Shown here one piece after another: positions 59,033 to 64,000 of a stretch of DNA of 64,000 bases; the stretch's first letter is position 1, and each line of letters opens with the position of its first letter. The position numbers and the translations under genes were made by a program. This stretch comes from Acidobacteriota bacterium (GTDB taxonomy: Bacteria; Actinomycetota; Acidimicrobiia; Acidimicrobiales; Ilumatobacteraceae): the NCBI GenBank assembly GCA_018970175.1, contig JAGWWV010000001.1, forward strand, positions 29,605 through 93,604. The letters are read 5' to 3'. The notes under the pieces were generated by a model. It was not told the origin of the DNA and ran no database searches. It was given only the letters and a program-made list of their open reading frames with translations.

Positions 59033-59327
59033 GCAGACCGCCCGATGGTGGCACGCGGAACCGACCGTCCTCGGCCGCAGGTGCGACCGACAGAACTTCG
59101 TCGCGGTCGAGACAGGGTTGTTCGACGTCGGGGCGCAACACGTTGACGAGCGGGTACGGCTGCGTCATCGGCTCGACGTTCGCCAGTTCGAGACTGTCGA
59201 TGTCGGCAAAGTGGTCGAGCATTCCGTCGAGTTGACGCGTGTAGCGTTCGACTTCCTCTGGCGAAACGTTGAGACGCGCAAGGCGCGCAACTTTCGCCAC
59301 ATCGGCGGCGGTGAGACGCTGTGACAC
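59025..59327 (-). CDS. gatC: Asp-tRNA(Asn)/Glu-tRNA(Gln) amidotransferase subunit C
   Basis: The 100-aa product begins VAKVARLARLNVSPEEVERYTRQLDGMLDHF..., a GatC pattern, and sits at the head of the gatCAB order. Confidence 0.9.
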   Translation of the reverse strand: MSQRLTAADVAKVARLARLNVSPEEVERYTRQLDGMLDHFADIDSLELANVEPMTQPYPLVNVLRPDVEQPCLDRDEVLSVAPAAEDGRFRVPPSGGLHE

Positions 59328-59338
59328 GACGTGGGATG

Positions 59339-60163
59339 CTAACGAGCAACCGGGGTGAATTGCGGGGGTCGCTTTTCGAGGAAGCTGGCGACGCCCTCCT
59401 TGAAGTCCGGTCTGCGCAACGACTCCTTCATCAACTGAAGGGCCTTTTGCTCGGCATCGCCGAGGGACGTCCCGTAGTCGGCGTATACCTGTTCTTTCAT
59501 GACGGCCATCGAGGTCGGCGACACGTTCGCCGCGAGATCAGCCGCATAGGTGATTGCATGGTCGAGGAGAGCGTCGGCGGGCAACACGGCATTCACCATG
59601 CCCATTGCCTGTGCCTCCTCGGCGAGCACGACCCGCGCAGACAAGAGAAGGTCGAGTGCGTTCGCCGTTCCGACGAGTCGCGGCAAAAGCCAACTCATTC
59701 CGTATTCGGCGATGAGTCCGCGGCGACCGAATGCGGTTGTGAACTTGGCACCCGCCGCGGCGAAACGGATGTCGCAGGCAAGGGCCTGCACCATGCCGAT
59801 ACCGGCGCACGCGCCGTTGACCGCCGCGATGACCGGCTTGGGAACGGTGGTCGTGAACGACTGAAGATGGGAACCCGACGCGGCCTCGGCGCTCGGCGCA
59901 CGACCCGACGAAGTGCCGATCGACTGCAGTGCATCCATGTCGGCACCCGCGCAGAATCCACGACCGGCACCCGTGACCACGATCGCGCGGACATCGTCGC
60001 TTTGTGCGCAGTGGTCGAGGAGCTCGAAGTAGCGCGCGGACAGTTCGGCGTTCCACGCGTTCATTCGATCGGGTCGGTTGAGCGTCAGGAGCGCCACGCC
60101 CGGAGCGGGCGTGGAATAGAGAACGACGTCGCTGCCGGAGGCTGGGTTACTGCTGGGGCTCAT
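59339..60163 (-). CDS. enoyl-CoA hydratase/isomerase (crotonase) family protein
   Basis: It has LNRPDRMNAW, VTGAGRGFCAGADM and AAVNGACAGIG oxyanion-hole patterns. Confidence 0.9.
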   Translation of the reverse strand: MSPSSNPASGSDVVLYSTPAPGVALLTLNRPDRMNAWNAELSARYFELLDHCAQSDDVRAIVVTGAGRGFCAGADMDALQSIGTSSGRAPSAEAASGSHLQSFTTTVPKPVIAAVNGACAGIGMVQALACDIRFAAAGAKFTTAFGRRGLIAEYGMSWLLPRLVGTANALDLLLSARVVLAEEAQAMGMVNAVLPADALLDHAITYAADLAANVSPTSMAVMKEQVYADYGTSLGDAEQKALQLMKESLRRPDFKEGVASFLEKRPPQFTPVAR

Positions 60164-60983
60164 GGCTCGCCACGCTAGACCCGGGCCGCCGATCGGCCCG
60201 AACCTGAATGGCGAAAAGCACCACGGAGACAGCGAACACCACCAGCGAAACCCACTGGTTCAGCCGCAGGCCACCTGCCTCATGGGCGCGGTCGATGCGA
60301 AGACCCTCGATGAAGAACCGCATCACGGTGTAGCCCGCCGCATACAGCCAAAAGACGCGTCCGGGCTTCAGTGAACCGTGACGGTTGACGGTCAGCAGCA
60401 CGACGCACAGCACCGCACACCACAACGACTCGTAGAGAAAGGTCGGATGGAACGTCGTTCCCGGATCGAACCCCGCGGCGATCGCCTTGGCGTCACTGAC
60501 GCGCAACGCCCAGGGAAGGTCGGTCGGCTTGCCGAAGAGTTCCTGGTTGAACCAGTTGCCCCACCGGCCAACGGCCTGTGCCGCGGCGATCGCCGGAGCG
60601 GCAACGGTGACGACGACCGCGACGTCGAGTCCACGGCGACGAGCCGCCCACATTCCGACGGGCACACCGAGTGCGATGCCGCCCCAAATGCCGAGGCCTC
60701 CCTGCCAGACCTTCACGACGTCACCGATGTTTCCCGAGAACCTGTCCCAATCGGTGACGACGTGGTACACCCGCGCACCGATGACGCCCGCCGGCACGGC
60801 CCACATCGCGACCGCGCCGAAGTCATCCCTGGTTCCGGCACCGCGCCGCTCGAGTGCCTTGCCCGCGATGCGCACCGCGAGAATGACACCAAGGGCGATC
60901 ATCAACCCGTAGGCGTTGAGCCTGAGCGGGCCGAGTTCGAGCGCATTCGACGACGGGCTCGGAATTGTCGCAAGCAGCGACAC
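60147..60983 (-). CDS. lgt: prolipoprotein diacylglyceryl transferase
   Basis: This multi-span protein has GARVYHV, GLGIWGG and GRWGNWFNQELFGKPTDLPWAL, classic Lgt motifs. Confidence 0.9.
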   Translation of the reverse strand: MSLLATIPSPSSNALELGPLRLNAYGLMIALGVILAVRIAGKALERRGAGTRDDFGAVAMWAVPAGVIGARVYHVVTDWDRFSGNIGDVVKVWQGGLGIWGGIALGVPVGMWAARRRGLDVAVVVTVAAPAIAAAQAVGRWGNWFNQELFGKPTDLPWALRVSDAKAIAAGFDPGTTFHPTFLYESLWCAVLCVVLLTVNRHGSLKPGRVFWLYAAGYTVMRFFIEGLRIDRAHEAGGLRLNQWVSLVVFAVSVVLFAIQVRADRRPGSSVASHEPQQ

Positions 60984-60986
60984 CGA

Positions 60987-61751
60987 TCAGACCCCCGTCA
61001 CACGTCGGGCAAAGGCGACGGATCCGGCGAAGATCTCGCCCTTGTCGTAGTCCTGGGTGGCGACGTGAAAGCTGCGCTCGAGGCTGACCCGTTCGACAGT
61101 GCCTCCGTACACCTCGGCCAAACGATCGCTCTGGGCGGGGTCGACCACGTGGTCGTTCACCGACGTATAGAGAAGGAGTGGTACGCGGGTGGCGGAGTAG
61201 CGCCGCGACAACGGTGCCAGTCCCTCGTCCATGAAAGAGAGAAGGGGCCGCACGGGCGTACCCGGATAGGCGTTCTCGGTGACGTCGGGATCCGCGATGT
61301 CACTGCCGATTCCCGGAATCACCTCCGTGCCGCCCTCGAGAATCCCCCGAATCGCGGTCATCATCTCGTCGGCCAGGGGAAACGTCGCCGGGTTCACACA
61401 GACGATTCCTTTGGTCTCGGGATGCTCGGCTGCCAGCCACAAGGTGAGCGACCCGCCCATCGACAAACCCATCACGACGACGTTCTTCGTGCGCGATGCC
61501 AATCGTGCATATGCCGCATCGGCGTCACGACACCAGTCGACCCACCGTGTCGAAAGCATGTCGTCGACGCAGGTTCCGTGACCGGCGAGTCGCGGCATCT
61601 CGACGTGCAGACCGGCGGCCGCACATGCCTCAGCGAGACCGCGCATCGACCCCGGGTTGCCGGTGAACCCGTGCACCACGACCACACCTGCATCGAGTGT
61701 TCCCTCGTGGGACCACGCTTCTGCTCCCTGCATCACCTGCGACTCGCTCAT
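60987..61751 (-). CDS. alpha/beta hydrolase (carboxylesterase/lysophospholipase-like)
   Basis: It has VVVVHGFTGNPGSM, the nucleophile elbow GLSMGG and a C-terminal H in SFHVAT. Confidence 0.8.
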   Translation of the reverse strand: MSESQVMQGAEAWSHEGTLDAGVVVVHGFTGNPGSMRGLAEACAAAGLHVEMPRLAGHGTCVDDMLSTRWVDWCRDADAAYARLASRTKNVVVMGLSMGGSLTLWLAAEHPETKGIVCVNPATFPLADEMMTAIRGILEGGTEVIPGIGSDIADPDVTENAYPGTPVRPLLSFMDEGLAPLSRRYSATRVPLLLYTSVNDHVVDPAQSDRLAEVYGGTVERVSLERSFHVATQDYDKGEIFAGSVAFARRVTGV

Positions 61752-61761
61752 TCACTCAGTG

Positions 61762-61779
61762 TAGACACGGTGGTGTCTA
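61762..61779. promoter_or_regulatory. perfect 7-bp inverted repeat in a divergent intergenic region
   Basis: TAGACAC-ggtg-GTGTCTA lies between the hydrolase start (61751, -) and the M48 peptidase start (~61791, +). Confidence 0.3.
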
Positions 61780-61790
61780 GCCTCGGTCGC

Positions 61791-62681
61791 GTGGCGCGAC
61801 GAAAGAAACGAACCGTCGACGCGGCTGCGTTCACGGCGGTGCTTCCCGTCGCGGCGCTGCTCCCCGCCTGGTTGGTGGCGGTCTCGTTGATCTGGCTCGT
61901 CGTGTCGCTTCCGTTCGACATCGCCTACCCCGTGTTCATCACCATCGCCGTTCTCGCATCCGTTGTCATGTTCGTTCCGATCACACAACGACTCTTCGTC
62001 ATGCGGCTCCTCGGCGTACGCGCTCCGCACCGCGACGAACAACGCCGACTTGCCGTTGCGGTACGGATGGTTCTTGCCGCGGCGGGGACTCCGCGGCGAC
62101 GATTCCTGCTCGCGGTCGAGGACAGCGACGACTTGAACGCTTTCGCGTGCGGAGGCCACATACTCGTCGTCAGTTCGTTCGCGATCGCGACACTCGACGA
62201 AGAAGAGATCATCGGAGTCGTGGCACACGAGTTCAGCCACCACCTCGGGGCCCACACGGTTGCACTCTCGTTCGCCCAGTGGTTCAGCCTGCCCGTGCTG
62301 TTCTTCAACCAGATCGGCGAGTGGTTGCGTCGCCTCGCAGATGCGCCGGTGCGACGCGCGGAAGGAATGTCGGGAGTCGTTCCGTACGTCGCGGGCGCCG
62401 TACGAAGTCTGCTCACCGCATTTTCGTGGCTGTTCGGGGCGACACTCGGTGTTGCACAGCGGCTGAACGACCTCGTCGGTCGCGACGCCGAGTTCAACGC
62501 GGACAAGCGCGTCGTCCAACTCGGCTTCGGCCGGCAGCTGTCTCGCGCGCTCACCCACGTCGCGGCCCGCGATCCGAGCGCCGTCGGACGCAGTCGACAC
62601 GAACGGATCTTCTCGTCGCATCCGCCCGCGCGCACGCGCATCGCACGCATCGAAGCGCTCCTGCGCACCCGGTCCCGCTAG
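61791..62681 (+). CDS. M48-family (HtpX-like) zinc metallopeptidase
   Basis: There are two to three N-terminal TM segments, then the HExxH motif VAHEFSHHLGAH, and SSHPPARTRIARIE near the C-terminus. The start is assigned to the GTG at 61791 (uncertain). The 5-prime 1.4 kb of the 767-aa ORF is antisense shadow over lgt and the hydrolase. Confidence 0.75.
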   Translation: MARRKKRTVDAAAFTAVLPVAALLPAWLVAVSLIWLVVSLPFDIAYPVFITIAVLASVVMFVPITQRLFVMRLLGVRAPHRDEQRRLAVAVRMVLAAAGTPRRRFLLAVEDSDDLNAFACGGHILVVSSFAIATLDEEEIIGVVAHEFSHHLGAHTVALSFAQWFSLPVLFFNQIGEWLRRLADAPVRRAEGMSGVVPYVAGAVRSLLTAFSWLFGATLGVAQRLNDLVGRDAEFNADKRVVQLGFGRQLSRALTHVAARDPSAVGRSRHERIFSSHPPARTRIARIEALLRTRSR

Positions 62682-62714
62682 TCGAAAACTTCGTGCAGCG
62701 GTAGCCTGCCGCAC

Positions 62715-63758
62715 GTGGCTGCCTCCCCCGCCGACTCAGCCTTTCTCCTCGCGGCCAAAGGTGTGCCTGCCACCCACACCCCGGTGTGGTTCATGCGACA
62801 GGCCGGACGCAGCCTGCCCGAGTACCGGGCCTTGCGCGGCGAGGGCAGCATTCTCGATGCGATCAAGAAACCCGACCTCGCGGCCGAGTTCACTCTGCAA
62901 CCCGTCCGCCGCTACGGGGTCGACGCCGCGGTTCTCTACAGCGACATCGTCGTGTCGTCGCACGCCGTCGGATTCGGTATCGATGTCGCACCCGGAACAG
63001 GGCCCGTCGCCGAGGCTCCGTTGCGCAGCGCCGCCGACCTTGCTCGTCTTCGCCCGCTCGATGCGGAAACCGACATGGGCTACGTCATGGAGACGATCGA
63101 CATCCTCGTTCAACAACTCGACGTGCCACTGCTCGGGTTCGCGGGTGCCCCCTTCACGGTTGCCAGCTATCTCATCGAGGGACGCCCCAGCCGCACGTAC
63201 GAACACACCCTCGCCATGATGCGCGATGAACCCATCCTCTGGGGCGACACGATGGAACGCCTCACGCAACACGCGATCGAACTCGTCGATCGACAGATCG
63301 CACACGGCGCACAGGCCTTCCAGATTTTCGACAGTTGGATCGGTGCGCTCGACATCGACACGTACCGACGGGCGGTTCTCCCACACACCCGCACCCTCTT
63401 CACCGAACTTCGTCGTCTGCACCCGAACGTCGCGGGAATTCACTTCGGTGTCGGCTGCTCGCACCTGCTCGAAGCCATGCACGATGCAGGAGCCGCGGTG
63501 CTCGGCGTCGACCAAACCGTCCCCCTCGACGAAGTGCGGCGGCGCATCGGACCCGACACCATCCTGCAAGGGAACCTCGACCCGGCGGAGGTGCTCGCCG
63601 GACTCGACCGCGCCATTGCCGCAACCGACGGCGTGCTCGCCGCCAATGGCGGACATCCCGGACACATCTTCAATCTCGGCCACGGTGTCACACCCCAGTG
63701 CGATCCCGATGTTCTTCTCGCCGTGGTGCAACATGTTCACGAAAGGACCCGCCGATGA
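62715..63758 (+). CDS. hemE: uroporphyrinogen decarboxylase
   Basis: It has PVWFMRQAGRSLPEYR, the GFAGAPFT motif and C-terminal FNLGHGV, diagnostic for HemE. Confidence 0.95.
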   Translation: MAASPADSAFLLAAKGVPATHTPVWFMRQAGRSLPEYRALRGEGSILDAIKKPDLAAEFTLQPVRRYGVDAAVLYSDIVVSSHAVGFGIDVAPGTGPVAEAPLRSAADLARLRPLDAETDMGYVMETIDILVQQLDVPLLGFAGAPFTVASYLIEGRPSRTYEHTLAMMRDEPILWGDTMERLTQHAIELVDRQIAHGAQAFQIFDSWIGALDIDTYRRAVLPHTRTLFTELRRLHPNVAGIHFGVGCSHLLEAMHDAGAAVLGVDQTVPLDEVRRRIGPDTILQGNLDPAEVLAGLDRAIAATDGVLAANGGHPGHIFNLGHGVTPQCDPDVLLAVVQHVHERTRR

Positions 63759-64000
63759 TTTCCGTTGTTCTCATGGCCTACGGCACGCCTCGCAGTCGTG
63801 AAGAAATTCTCCCGTACTACACCGACATTCGACGCGGCCGACCACCGACCGACGAGTTGCTCGCCGAGCTGACGGGTCGCTACGAAGCAATCGGCGGGCT
63901 GTCACCGCTGGCGGCACTCACCGAGGCCCAGCGCGACGCGGTGCAGCGTGCACTCGATGCGGTGCAGCCCGGCCGCTTTCGCGTCACGCTCGGTCTGAAG
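63755..64000 (+). CDS. hemH: ferrochelatase (5-prime fragment, runs off the right edge)
   Basis: The ATG at 63755 overlaps the hemE stop. MISVVLMAYGTPRSREEILPYYTDIRRGRPP...YEAIGGLSPL matches the ferrochelatase N-terminus. In Actinomycetota this would be the coproporphyrin type. Confidence 0.8.
   Translation, partial: MISVVLMAYGTPRSREEILPYYTDIRRGRPPTDELLAELTGRYEAIGGLSPLAALTEAQRDAVQRALDAVQPGRFRVTLGLK

Noticed and set aside
60378-61790. The 5-prime 1.4 kb of the 767-aa plus-strand ORF might extend the M48 peptidase.
   Set aside because: It is antisense to lgt and the esterase, both strongly supported. The peptidase membrane segments and HExxH motif start only after about 61790.

Overview
This is a visibly GC-rich, densely coding chromosomal segment in the style of Actinomycetota (I did not compute GC content). 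All calls come from reading the six-frame translations and the DNA by eye, with no searches run. Domain boundaries are approximate, to about 30 nt.

The left third (1-26.9 kb) is ordinary metabolism:
- an ilvD fragment and an FTR1/EfeU-type iron permease;
- two beta-oxidation-like gene sets (acyl-CoA dehydrogenases, 3-hydroxyacyl-CoA dehydrogenase, CoA-transferase, P450, SDRs, acyl-CoA synthetase, thiolase, TetR regulator);
- a sugar-type ABC transporter with two lipoprotein binding proteins;
- VOC/glyoxalase and CMD-family proteins;
- a biotinyl-domain/carboxyltransferase fusion and an exported alpha/beta hydrolase.

The centre (26.9-55.5 kb) is the unusual part. It holds seven co-directional minus-strand genes that all encode exported proteins, most linked by ATGA/GTGA stop-start overlaps:
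- two small lipoproteins;
- a ~3325-aa giant protein with almost no recognisable domains (internal ~355-aa modules and a beta-rich tail);
- a CRTAC1-type FG-GAP/UnbV lipoprotein;
- an exported pentapeptide-repeat lipoprotein;
- a PAP2/vanadium-haloperoxidase-like protein;
- a 4461-aa mosaic giant protein (Ig-like repeats, LamG, PA14, two 7-bladed RCC1 propellers, three DUF1566-like units, fibrinogen-like C-terminus).

Immediately upstream lies an MPT53/DsbE-like thioredoxin-fold lipoprotein. Its first CxxC cysteine codon is an in-frame TGA followed by a GGUC-loop hairpin, which makes it a candidate selenoprotein.

The right end carries gatCAB, an enoyl-CoA hydratase, lgt, an esterase, an M48 peptidase, hemE and the start of a ferrochelatase.

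I recognised no rRNA, tRNA, CRISPR array, transposase or integrase. Many long ORFs in the track are antisense or off-frame shadows typical of high-GC DNA, and I rejected them.
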